A stretch of 64,000 nt of DNA from Bdellovibrionales bacterium (GTDB lineage: Bacteria > Bdellovibrionota > Bdellovibrionia > Bdellovibrionales > UBA1609). Both the position numbers and the translations under genes were made by a program. The notes below the pieces were generated by a model that did not search any database, was not told the origin of the DNA, and saw only the letters and a program-made list of their open reading frames with translations. The stretch is from the NCBI GenBank assembly GCA_965261545.1, contig CBDHDF010000010.1:832001-896000 (forward strand), written 5' to 3'. Shown here piece after piece: positions 38,274 through 48,249 of the stretch. Numbering within the stretch: the stretch's first letter is position 1; each line of letters starts with the position of its first letter.

Positions 38274-40628
38274 ATGTATCCTTTCATGACATTCCTCATA
38301 CTTCTCCTGTTTTCTCTACTCCTCCTCTCTCCTCGTGCTGCTTGGGCCCTGGAGTGCAAGGACTTATCTGGAGAGAGACGGTCGCCCAAGATTTATAAAA
38401 TTTCTATCAAGGGTCAAAAGAGAATTGAAGCCGCAGCCATTGAAGCCAAACTGATCTCAAAAGCCGGAGATTCCTATTGCAAGTCCCATATTTCCGAGGA
38501 TGTAAAATCCATTTTTGCAATGGGCTTCTTCTACGATATCACTGTTGATAAGAAGAAAAATTCTAAAGGTATCCAGCTCATTTACTCTGTGGTGGAAAAG
38601 CCTCCTATCTTAAAAATCTCATACGCAGGAAATTCTGAAGTGGATGACGACGAGCTTGAAGAAGCCACGGGAATCAAAGCCTTTGAGATACTCAATCTTT
38701 CCAAAGTGCAAAAGGGGATAGAGAAAATACAAAAAATCTACGAAGACAAGGGGTATTATCTCGCTCGCATCAGTTATGAAACTAAAAAAATGCCTAGAAA
38801 AGATGGAGTGGACCTCAAGTTTAAGATTGAAGAAAACGATAGAGTCACTGTGAAAAAAATTACTTTTTTAGGAAACAAGCATATCTCTGAAGAGGAGCTA
38901 AAGACTATCATGATGACTCGGGAGGGGGGCTTCTTCAGCTTTGTTTCAGGCTCTGGTGCCTATAAGAAAGAAGATTTTGATAGAGACCTTCATGCCCTCA
39001 ATTTCCTCTATTTAAACCAAGGTTTCGCGCAAGTCAAAATTGAGTCTCCTCTTATCACAGTGACGCCCGACAAAAAGGGCATCTTTATCACTTTCCACGT
39101 TCAAGAGGGGGAGCCTTTCAATATAGGCAGCGTGAACTTCACAGGTGACCTCCTCTTTACTGACGAAGAGCTGAGCCAAAGCATCGAAACAAAGAAGGGG
39201 TTGGTCTTTGCCTACGACCGGCTTCAAAGGGACCTCTTGGCTCTCCAGGCCAAGTATGGAGACCGGGGTTATGCCTTTACCAACCCCATTCCCCGAACTC
39301 GCATTATGGAAGAAGAACACCTTATCCATGTCACCTTTGAAATTGACAAGGGCCAAAAAGTTTATATCGGGGAAATCAATGTGAAGGGAAACAGCAAGAC
39401 AAGGGATAAAGTGGTGCGCCGTGAACTCCTGATCCATGAAGGAGAACTCTACAATGAAACAAAAAAACGTGAATCACTGGCGGCTATTCGACGTCTTGGT
39501 TTCTTTGAAGAAGTAAATTTTATTCAGAGTACACCTAAAAATGAACTTAATATTGTGAATATTGATATCCAGGTCAAAGAACGTCAGACGGGCTCCATCC
39601 AAATGGCGGCAGGTTACAGTGATCTCCAAGGGCTTATTCTCAACGGCCAGGTTAGCCAAACCAATTTATTGGGGCGAGGTCAAAAGTTGTCGGCAGCTCT
39701 CAGTTGGGCAAAGCAAGAGCAAATTTTCAATGTCAATTTTACAGAACCCTACCTGTTTCGCTCCAAGTGGCTTGTGGGTTTTGACGTTTATAAGACCCGC
39801 CGTCGACGAATCACGCTTTACGATGAAAATCGCATGGGCACAGGTTTTCGCATGGGCCACCCCCTCGCCCCCTATCTCCGTGGTATTATCGGCTACAAGA
39901 TTGACGATACGAAACTGACTCTTGAGCCTGAGGGGGATCCAGACCTGTTTCCCGTGGAAACAGCCAATGGTCTTACCAGTGCTCTCACTTTCTTTTTGAT
40001 TTACGACAAAAGAAACGACCGCTTTATGCCCACGGCGGGGCTTTACGGTGATATGTCCTTGGAGTACGCCGGTCTTGGAGGAGATCGAAAGTATGTTAAG
40101 GGCACGGCTTCTCTACGCTATTATAAGAATGTCTTTTGGGACGTGGTTCTTAGAAACAATTTGAACTATGGGGTTCTTACTTCCAACAGTTCTGATCCGC
40201 CTCCTTTTGACGAACTTTTTCTTCTCGGAGGGCCTAACACCTTGCGAGGCTTTGAGTGGCTCACCATAGGGAGGAGACGATTTTCAAAAAAGGTTTTTGA
40301 GGCGCTTGTTGATGCTGGCTACTCACCTGCTGAGGCTGAGTTGAGAGCTCGCCGCCCCTTTGGAGGACGCCAGCAACTCTATTACCAAGTGGAATTACAA
40401 AAACCTCTCATTAAAGATGCCGGTATCCTCGGTGTCCTCTTTTACGATGTGGGGGCGGCTGAGAACTCCATCGACTTCAGTAAAATGAGAAGCAATGTGG
40501 GCTTTGGCTTTCGCTGGTTCTCTCCCATTGGCCCCCTCCGATTTGAATTTGGATTTCCCCTAGAACCCAAGGAGGAGTTGGGTGAGGACTCCTCTGTCTT
40601 TCATTTTTCCATTGGCTCTCCTTTCTAG
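38274..40628 (+). CDS. bamA: Outer membrane protein assembly factor BamA
   Basis: Signal peptide, POTRA repeats, LRGF motif, C-terminal SPIGPL...F; ORF extends upstream to 38211. Confidence 0.96.
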   Translation: MYPFMTFLILLLFSLLLLSPRAAWALECKDLSGERRSPKIYKISIKGQKRIEAAAIEAKLISKAGDSYCKSHISEDVKSIFAMGFFYDITVDKKKNSKGIQLIYSVVEKPPILKISYAGNSEVDDDELEEATGIKAFEILNLSKVQKGIEKIQKIYEDKGYYLARISYETKKMPRKDGVDLKFKIEENDRVTVKKITFLGNKHISEEELKTIMMTREGGFFSFVSGSGAYKKEDFDRDLHALNFLYLNQGFAQVKIESPLITVTPDKKGIFITFHVQEGEPFNIGSVNFTGDLLFTDEELSQSIETKKGLVFAYDRLQRDLLALQAKYGDRGYAFTNPIPRTRIMEEEHLIHVTFEIDKGQKVYIGEINVKGNSKTRDKVVRRELLIHEGELYNETKKRESLAAIRRLGFFEEVNFIQSTPKNELNIVNIDIQVKERQTGSIQMAAGYSDLQGLILNGQVSQTNLLGRGQKLSAALSWAKQEQIFNVNFTEPYLFRSKWLVGFDVYKTRRRRITLYDENRMGTGFRMGHPLAPYLRGIIGYKIDDTKLTLEPEGDPDLFPVETANGLTSALTFFLIYDKRNDRFMPTAGLYGDMSLEYAGLGGDRKYVKGTASLRYYKNVFWDVVLRNNLNYGVLTSNSSDPPPFDELFLLGGPNTLRGFEWLTIGRRRFSKKVFEALVDAGYSPAEAELRARRPFGGRQQLYYQVELQKPLIKDAGILGVLFYDVGAAENSIDFSKMRSNVGFGFRWFSPIGPLRFEFGFPLEPKEELGEDSSVFHFSIGSPF

Positions 40629-40839
40629 CCCTCCTCTAGCTTCCTTTTTGCTTTTTTTTAGTCACCACCCTCCTTGCTAGGTTTCTTTTCATATTGAAAT
40701 GATATGTGATATGTGATATGAAAGATGACATAAAAATAAAAAATATAGAATGAGCATAGTGTGAAATGAATAAAAGAAGTCAGTGTAACAGAAACATTAA
40801 AGAAGATCAGGTCAAAAAAGACCAATTAAAGGGGTCAGC

Positions 40840-41454
40840 GTGAAACAAAAATTAAGCATAAAAGAAACGAAGATTCACTTGCATTCGCAATCACAACTAC
40901 AGATTTTTGCAGCCCTTATTCCCTTTGCGACAACCCTTATTCCCATTGTGTTAGGTTTCTTTTTGTGGACTTCCGCCGCCGCTCAAGCCGCCCAAAAAAT
41001 CGGTTATGTGGATGTCGACCGGGCTCTTCTCGCAACAAAAGAGGGGCGGAGAGTTGATGAGAGCCTTAAAAAAACCACAGAGGCAAAAAGAAAGGAGTTG
41101 GTCAAAAAAGAAACAGCCATTCAAAAGATGATGAAAGCACTGGATCAACAACGGCCTGTTCTCTCCAAAGAAGCCTTTGCTAAAAAGCGCAGTACTGTCC
41201 AGAAAGAAATGAAAAATTTTCAAGAATTTGCCGAAAACAGCCAAAGGGAGCTTCACAAAAAACGTGATAATTTGCTACAACCTCTTGTTTCCAAAATGGA
41301 AGCGATGATTCAGAGGGTGGCCACAAAATCTAATTACACAATGGTCTTAAGAAAATCTCCCCAAGTCATACTTTGGGCCAATAACAAGGGAGACTTAACA
41401 GATAAGGTGATCAAAGAATTTGAAAAACAGTCAAAAAAAAGCACGAAGAGATAA
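40840..41454 (+). CDS. skp: Skp/OmpH periplasmic chaperone
   Basis: KIGYVD, helical body, DLTDKVI; follows bamA. Confidence 0.9.
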   Translation: MKQKLSIKETKIHLHSQSQLQIFAALIPFATTLIPIVLGFFLWTSAAAQAAQKIGYVDVDRALLATKEGRRVDESLKKTTEAKRKELVKKETAIQKMMKALDQQRPVLSKEAFAKKRSTVQKEMKNFQEFAENSQRELHKKRDNLLQPLVSKMEAMIQRVATKSNYTMVLRKSPQVILWANNKGDLTDKVIKEFEKQSKKSTKR

Positions 41455-41475
41455 ACAAACAATAAGAAATAAGAA

Positions 41476-42063
41476 ATGAATTTCGCTGATATCACAAGTC
41501 TAGACTACATTTTGAAAATCCTACCTCAGAGGTACCCCTTTCTCATGGTGGATCGTCTTTTGGAACTTCATACCCCTAAGCAAGACTCCCGTATGGGTCG
41601 TTGTGCCAAAGCCATTAAAAACGTGTCTTTCAATGAGCCCTTTTTTCAAGGCCATTTCCCAGGAGAGCCTATTATGCCAGGGGTTTTAGTGACGGAAGCG
41701 ATGGGGCAAACAGCTATTTTAGCAGCCCTGCGCCCCGATGAACTGCCATCCCCCATGGTGAGATTGAGTCGAATTAAAGACATTCGGTTTCGCTCTCCTG
41801 TGGTGCCAGGAATGCAACTTATGATAGATGCTGAGGTCATAAAAGAACACAGAGGCATGCTGGCTTTTCGAGTGACTGTCAAAGACGCTTCTCAAGCGAT
41901 TGTCAAAGACATCTTTCAGGTGACGGTGAAAGACAGTGGAAAGGAACCCGAGCAAAAAATCGAGCAAAGAGTTGAAAAAAATCATCAAAAGGTCGTGGCC
42001 GAAGGTGAATTCACTCTCTATATTCCAAAAGCAAAAATAGAAGGAGAGGGAAAGCCTCAGTGA
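41476..42063 (+). CDS. fabZ: 3-hydroxyacyl-ACP dehydratase with C-terminal insertion
   Basis: LPQRYPFLMVDR, KNVSFNEPFFQGHFP, PGVL..EAM.Q. Confidence 0.93.
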   Translation: MNFADITSLDYILKILPQRYPFLMVDRLLELHTPKQDSRMGRCAKAIKNVSFNEPFFQGHFPGEPIMPGVLVTEAMGQTAILAALRPDELPSPMVRLSRIKDIRFRSPVVPGMQLMIDAEVIKEHRGMLAFRVTVKDASQAIVKDIFQVTVKDSGKEPEQKIEQRVEKNHQKVVAEGEFTLYIPKAKIEGEGKPQ

Positions 42064-42839
42064 TTCACTCCAGCGCCATTATTTCACCTGAAGTGGAAAT
42101 CGGTGAGGATGTCACAATTGGCCCCTATGTAACGCTCAATGGTAAGATCCAGCTTGGACGGGGAACACGCATTGAAAGTCATGTGTGTATAGGCATGAAC
42201 CTAGGTCATATCACCATTGGAGAGCACAATCACTTTTTTTCTGGAAGTGTCATAGGAATGGCCCCTCAAGACCTAGGCTATAACAACGAAGAAACCTCTC
42301 TAGTCATAGGGGATAATAATATCATCCGAGAGTACAGCACTATCCATTTGGGAACACTCAAGGGTCATGGCGCCACCACGGTAGGCAACAACAATCTTTT
42401 CATGGCCTACACCCATATTGCCCATGATTGTGAGATTGGTAACCATGTGGTTATTGCCAATAACGCACAACTTGCAGGACATGTCATTGTTGAAGACCGG
42501 GCCGTCATCGGTGGTTGCTGTGGACTCACCCAATTTGTTAAGCTGGGAGCTTTTTGTTACATCTCTGGTTACAGTGCCGTTAACAAGGATATTCTTCCAT
42601 TTTCGATTGCCGATGGTCGCTGGGCTCTCATAAAGGGTACAAACAAGGTGGGCTTAGAGCGAGCTGAATTTCCTAAAAATGAAATTCAGCTCATACACAA
42701 AGCTCTGCGCTACCTTATTAAAGGCAAGGGAACCATTGACGAAATCATTGAGCAAATAAGGCAAAACTGTATTCCTTCAAAGTATGTTGATGAAATTATT
42801 CACTTCACTAAGAATTCTAAGAAGGGGTTGGCAAAATGA
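42060..42839 (+). CDS. lpxA: UDP-N-acetylglucosamine acyltransferase
   Basis: Hexapeptide repeats; PQDL, IRE..TIH.GT, HIAHDC, LAGHV. Confidence 0.94.
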   Translation: MIHSSAIISPEVEIGEDVTIGPYVTLNGKIQLGRGTRIESHVCIGMNLGHITIGEHNHFFSGSVIGMAPQDLGYNNEETSLVIGDNNIIREYSTIHLGTLKGHGATTVGNNNLFMAYTHIAHDCEIGNHVVIANNAQLAGHVIVEDRAVIGGCCGLTQFVKLGAFCYISGYSAVNKDILPFSIADGRWALIKGTNKVGLERAEFPKNEIQLIHKALRYLIKGKGTIDEIIEQIRQNCIPSKYVDEIIHFTKNSKKGLAK

Positions 42840-44026
42840 CCCCCCCCTTTTTGGCGCCTTCTGTTCTCATGGTGGCTGCCGAAGAATCCAGTGCCCTTTA
42901 TGCCACTCGGCTGTTGGAATACTGGAAACGACAGGGGCAAGAGCAAAGGTCAGGGCCAGAACCAAGGCAAAATATTCAAGCCTTTGGAGTGGGCAACCAA
43001 GCCATGGAGGCACTGGGTTTTCAAGTGCTCAGTCGCTCAGAAGATCTGGCCATCTTTGGCCTCTTTGAGGTTTTAAGCCACAGGTCCATCATAAAGAAAA
43101 CATTCCAGGCTCTCCTCAAAGAGGCCAAAGAGAGAAAACCAAAGGTGGCTCTTCTCCTAGATTATTCGTCTTTTAACCTCAGACTTGCCCTTCGCCTTAA
43201 GGAAATGGGAATTCCTGTGGTTTACTACATATCTCCCAAAATATGGGTTTGGAAAAAAAGACGCATGCAAAGAATTAAGCAAGTGGTGGACAAAATGCTG
43301 GTTCTCTTTTCCTTTGAAAGAGATATCTATGAGTCCCATGGAGTTCCGGTCTCTTTTGTTGGCCACCCTCTCTTAGATGAAATAGATGAAAAACTTCTCT
43401 CCAGTGAAAATCGTCAAATTCAGCGTCAACGATATGGCCTCAAGCCCCAAGATAAATTCTTAGGCTTGATGCCGGGGAGCCGATACTCAGAATTAAAGTA
43501 TAATTTAGAAATACAACTTCAAGTAGCAAGGCAGTTGGTTAAAGAAGACCCTCAACTTAAAGTGGGCCTTCTCGTGGCCCCCCCCTTTGCTACCAGTGAG
43601 ATCAAAGAACGAATTCCCAATATCGATTTCCCTTTGAGTATTGTCAAAGATAATCCTTTTGAAATGCTTTCTATGGCGGATGGGGTGTTATGTGCTTCGG
43701 GTACGGCCACCCTTTTTGTGGGACTTATGAAAAAGCCTCTTGTCATTATGTACAAACTCCACCCCATGACGGCCTGGCTTCTCAAGAGGATGGTCAAAGT
43801 AAAATATGTAGGTATGGTCAACATTGTCTTAAATCAAGAGGTGGGAGAAGAGTACCTCCAAGAAAGAGCCAACTTTTCAAATCTTCACCGGGCCACTCGC
43901 AAAATTCTCTACGATAAGGACTACATTCAGTTATCACAATCCGTTTTGGCTCGCCTCTCATCACAGCTTGGAGACAAGGGGGCCACAGCTCGGGTGGCCA
44001 GAGAGTTGGAGGAATTTTTACGTTGA
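42836..44026 (+). CDS. lpxB: Lipid-A-disaccharide synthase
   Basis: YYISP.IW.W, FVGHPL, LMPGSR..E, SGTATL. Confidence 0.95.
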   Translation: MTPPFLAPSVLMVAAEESSALYATRLLEYWKRQGQEQRSGPEPRQNIQAFGVGNQAMEALGFQVLSRSEDLAIFGLFEVLSHRSIIKKTFQALLKEAKERKPKVALLLDYSSFNLRLALRLKEMGIPVVYYISPKIWVWKKRRMQRIKQVVDKMLVLFSFERDIYESHGVPVSFVGHPLLDEIDEKLLSSENRQIQRQRYGLKPQDKFLGLMPGSRYSELKYNLEIQLQVARQLVKEDPQLKVGLLVAPPFATSEIKERIPNIDFPLSIVKDNPFEMLSMADGVLCASGTATLFVGLMKKPLVIMYKLHPMTAWLLKRMVKVKYVGMVNIVLNQEVGEEYLQERANFSNLHRATRKILYDKDYIQLSQSVLARLSSQLGDKGATARVARELEEFLR

Positions 44027-45297
44027 TACGACCTACCCTCGCTCTTTTTTACTCACAACTTATGGAGGCAAGAACACAAGCCTATAAAAAAAACATTTTT
44101 TCTGTGGAAAAAGCCCTATGCCCTCTTATCAGCGTGGGAAATATCACAGTGGGTGGCACAGGAAAAACCCCCGTGGTTTCCCACCTCATCTCTTGGCTGC
44201 TGAGTAAGAAACTCAAGCCTGGTGTGGTTTCGAGGGGCTATGGGAGACGATACTCTGGCACCATTGCCGTAGATTTACAGGCGACACACCTAAATAATAA
44301 TACGAATTTTCTTGGTGATGCTGAAACAGCCTTGTTTGGCCATAAGGCGAGGGTCTCCCTTGGCGAGAGGGCAACAGCCTTGTTTGGCGATGAGCCGACC
44401 ATGCTGAAACAAACCCATCCCTATGTGCCCATTTACCTAAGTACCAAAAGAATTCATGCCTGTGATCAACTTGTCAAAAAGGAAAATGTTGACCTTATTA
44501 TCGCCGACGATGCTTTTCAACACCGCAGTCTCCATAGGGATCTTGACATTGTCGTTATCAATGCTTTGGAACCCTTGAAAAACTATCGAGTTCTCCCCTG
44601 GGGGCGAGCTAGAGAGTCCCTAAGTGCCCTCCAGTACGCTGACTGCATTATTCTCAATAAAGTCAATTTGGCTTCCAAAAATTTTGTCAATGAACTATGT
44701 GATACAATTCGAATTTATTCCCAAAGTCCCATTGTTCACGCGGAGTCTGTGGTCAAAGAATTAAAGCCTCTTTCCCATCATCACCAGATTTTTCACAACA
44801 CCCAAAATTTTTCCCCTGATGCCCCTGTCCATGATTCCCACGACTCCCATGGTGCCCAAGAATTTTCCCATAACATCCAGAATTTTTCTCGTGATTCCCA
44901 GGGGGAGCGCAAGAATTTGCTCCCTCAAACAGCCTTACTGGTTTCGGGAATTGGCCACCCTGAATCCTTTGAACAGCTTGTGATTCAACAGGGAATAAAA
45001 ATTATGGGACATTTAAAATACCCCGATCACCATCGATTTTGTGCCTCTGACATGAAGAAAATCTTTCTTCACCTAAAGTCTCTCAATACGGAAAATATCA
45101 TTATCACCCATAAAGACGCCGTTAAAATTTTAGAGATTTATCCAACCCCCCCCTCTATGAAAAAAGATTCAGAGAAAAAGAACTCAAACCTAGAGTGCAT
45201 CTGGGTCCTCCACCTTGACATGAAATTTGATCCCAGCTGGGATTTTTTGCGAGAAAAAATGCTTCGTAAATTACTGACGAGGAGTATGAATGACTAG
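44023..45297 (+). CDS. lpxK: Tetraacyldisaccharide 4'-kinase with insertions
   Basis: SVGNITVGGTGKTP, SRGY, GDEP, DDAFQH, GIG.P..F, YPDHH. Confidence 0.94.
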   Translation: MIRPTLALFYSQLMEARTQAYKKNIFSVEKALCPLISVGNITVGGTGKTPVVSHLISWLLSKKLKPGVVSRGYGRRYSGTIAVDLQATHLNNNTNFLGDAETALFGHKARVSLGERATALFGDEPTMLKQTHPYVPIYLSTKRIHACDQLVKKENVDLIIADDAFQHRSLHRDLDIVVINALEPLKNYRVLPWGRARESLSALQYADCIILNKVNLASKNFVNELCDTIRIYSQSPIVHAESVVKELKPLSHHHQIFHNTQNFSPDAPVHDSHDSHGAQEFSHNIQNFSRDSQGERKNLLPQTALLVSGIGHPESFEQLVIQQGIKIMGHLKYPDHHRFCASDMKKIFLHLKSLNTENIIITHKDAVKILEIYPTPPSMKKDSEKKNSNLECIWVLHLDMKFDPSWDFLREKMLRKLLTRSMND

Positions 45298-45917
45298 TCC
45301 TCCGTCAAAAATAGCCATCAGAGGAGCCAGTGGGAGCTCCTTTATGAGTTGGGCCTGGGAGTTGGCTCGTCGCTCGGGGGGCGAGTTGTATGCTACAACT
45401 GTAAATGAAAACATACATTGACTTTACTCCAAAGCAAGATGCATAACTTTTACTTATGAAAAAATCTCTCCCTCCCCTTTGCTTAACCCTTGATAACGCT
45501 TTTAAAGCATTTTTTAAGCACGACCAGGGCTTACTCAAGCCTTTGTTGCAGGATTTTCTTCCCTTGCCACCCGGTTGTCGGGTGGAGCATGTGCAGTTGT
45601 TAGATGCCGAAGAAAACTCTTCAGAGGCAAGCAAACCTTCGGGAAAGACCTTTATCTTGGACATGAAGCTTCGCATTTCTCGACAATTGTCCAGTGGGGA
45701 GTGGGTCGAAAATGAAACTGTGAATGTGGAAATGCAAACCGTCTCCCAAAGAGACTTCACAAATCGCCTTCTTGCCTATGCGGGACGGGTCTACTCCAAC
45801 CAAGTGAAAGAAGGAGAAAAATACGAGAAATTAAAAACTGTTTACTCCCTTGTTTTCAGTACTGTGGATCTTCCTGAGCTATGCAAGGACAACGATTATT
45901 ACCACACATGCAGCATG

Positions 45918-47330
45918 CAATGCCGTTTCCTTAAGCCACCACACCCCTCTGCCTCTGCGTTAAGCTATTTCTTTTAAAAGAACTCCCAGCCCTTTTGATA
46001 GACCTTTCATAGCTTCTTTTGAAGTGCCTCCTCTTCTCCATTGAAATCTTCATCAGCAACTTTATCTGCTTCCTAAATTTCTGATAGAGCCCCGCAACAA
46101 AAAGGGGGATGCTATCCATTATGAAATCAAAAATCAGTTTAAAGTTAGGTTTTTTGTAGTCATTTTTTACCAACTGATTCACACTGTCTTCATCCTCATT
46201 TATGCTCATTTGAATCTTTGTATAATTGAAGAGCCAAAAATAAGAATACAGCTCTTGCAATATTCCATTAAGGCTTGTTGAGTGCCACTGCTCCATTTTC
46301 ATTGTCGATGTAAAATCACGAAATGTCGTTTCTATTTCCCAACGACGAGAGTAAAGAGCAACCATATCCTTCTTGTCCAAGGAGCCATGCGGAAGATTAG
46401 TGGCCAAAACAGAGAACTCCCCAGTCTTTGGGTTTTTATACTTATAGAGATGAATGACCACCCCCTCAATAACCATTTGTGAATACCAACCTGGGCCATT
46501 AAATAAATTTACGATGGGGATAAAAGTAGAGCCTCGCTTACAACGCGCAATAAAGAAGTTACTGGCTTGAGCATGGGCCTTAATAATCTCTGTAGATAAA
46601 TAAAGCCTATCGTAGAGAGTTATGCTATTACTCTCAAAACTACCTATCATTTGAATAGCATTGGCGATTTCGTTGAGAGCGGGAGAATAGCAAAGATTCT
46701 TTGTCACACCCGATAAAACGTCATAAGCATGAGATACATACGTAAGAAATGAGTTTCCATCTCATTTGGGCAAGGGTACCCACAATAACCCTCCTTTAAA
46801 AGATCTTTAGAGCGAGGAAGTGCTAATTGGTCGCCATCTATGGCATAGATATAAAAGCCATGAAACGTTTTTCTCAATGGTTCGTAGTCTGTAATCAGAG
46901 ATTCAAAGATATTTTTAAAAAATAGGTAAGAAATACTTTGACGTATCTTGCTGAGACTGCTTTTGACTGGCATGAGAAGCAGGTCACCAAAATGAGTCCA
47001 TACCGTCTTAAGAGCGATTTGGTAGCCTTCGTAATTTGTTCCGGAAATAAGATAGATAATAGTAAAAAAGAAAATTTGAGGATTAAATTTTCGATTCCTT
47101 TTTTGTTTTTCTGGATCGACAAGGTGCTCTGGCTTGAAGGAAGAATCAAGTTTTGGTAGAATAAAATGGTCATCTGTGACGCGAACTCGTCATTTGGGGG
47201 CTTTCGAGATCAATATTGGATTGCATGTGACTTACTCCTTGGTTGAGGGTTGGGTGTAAAATAAAACAAGTCTTATTCTTGTCGATTTATCTAATGATTT
47301 CAAGAGATTTTTCTTAAGGAAACGGCATTG
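45918..47330 (-). mobile_element. IS4-family element ISa, copy 4
   Basis: Both TIRs; 10-bp TSD ATGCAGCATG at 45908-45917 and 47331-47340. Confidence 0.96.
45931..46973 (-). pseudogene. ISa transposase frameshifted by a 4-bp deletion
   Basis: GAGATACATA at about 46731 versus GAGATAGATACATA in the other copies. Confidence 0.88.
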
Positions 47331-48034
47331 ATGCAGCATGAGGCAGGATAGATACCCTCATTTGAGACTCACCGATGGTATGCAATTTGTCATTGTAGAA
47401 TTGAACAAGTTCATTGGCAGATTAGACAGTCTTGTTGACCAGCGTGAAGCGTGGTGCTATTTCTTAAAGAGATCGGATGAGTTGGATCAACAAACCAGCC
47501 AAGAGCTAGCCAAAAAAGGAAGGGACATGGGAAGAGCCGTCAAAAATTTGTGGAATTTGTCTCAAGACGAACTCATGCGAGAGCGACTTGAAGCTGAAGA
47601 TAAGCAGCGTCGAGATCGTTTATCACAGATCGACACAGCCCATGAAGAAGGGCTTGAAAAAGGGCTTGAAAAAGGACGTGAAAAAGGACGTGAAGAAGGG
47701 CGAAGGGAAGAAAGAGAGGCTTTTGTTTTAAAGTTACTTTCAGAAGGTATAGAAGTTTCTGTTATAACTACAGTGACAGAGTTTTCTGAAGACGAAATCA
47801 AGGCTCTTCAAAAAAAGTAAAAAAATTTTTAACCTGACCTAGTTATTCTGTGACGCCAATAGTGTCTAGAAATTTAACAGTATTTTTATGGGACAATGGT
47901 CAGAGTGGATATATAACGAAAAGTAAGACGCCACTTAAGCCACCAACTTATACCCACTTTAGCACGCAATAAGCAAATCAAGATGCATTTGTAACCGCTC
48001 CATTCTCTTTGTGGTAGCCCATGTCTTGCGGTTA

Positions 48035-48151
48035 AAAGGAAACCGCTGTCAAGGTAGAACTCCCAAAGAAACTTGGGATGCAGGCTACAAGCTCTATCAA
48101 AAATATGTCATAGATAACCAGAAGTGTGAGATCGAGACCGTAATTTCAACA
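48035..48151 (+). mobile_element. Possible right-end remnant of an IS481-like element
   Basis: GNRCQGRTP.ETW followed by a TGTGAGATC...TTCAACA end-like sequence. Confidence 0.45.
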
Positions 48152-48249
48152 AACGGCGAAGCCTTTGTTGAAACCGGACCGAAGCACAAAAATTCAATAT
48201 TTCCCTAGGAATTTAGACTTTAGGCTTCGGGAAACTCGGAGATAGCCGG

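Larger units (their letters stand above)
45456..47820 (+). pseudogene. Rpn-family PD-(D/E)XK nuclease split by ISa copy 4 (45456-45917 and 47341-47820)
   Basis: DNAFK..F, ILD, NVEMQ; the halves join in frame once one TSD copy is removed; C-terminal EKG/EEG repeats. Confidence 0.88.
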
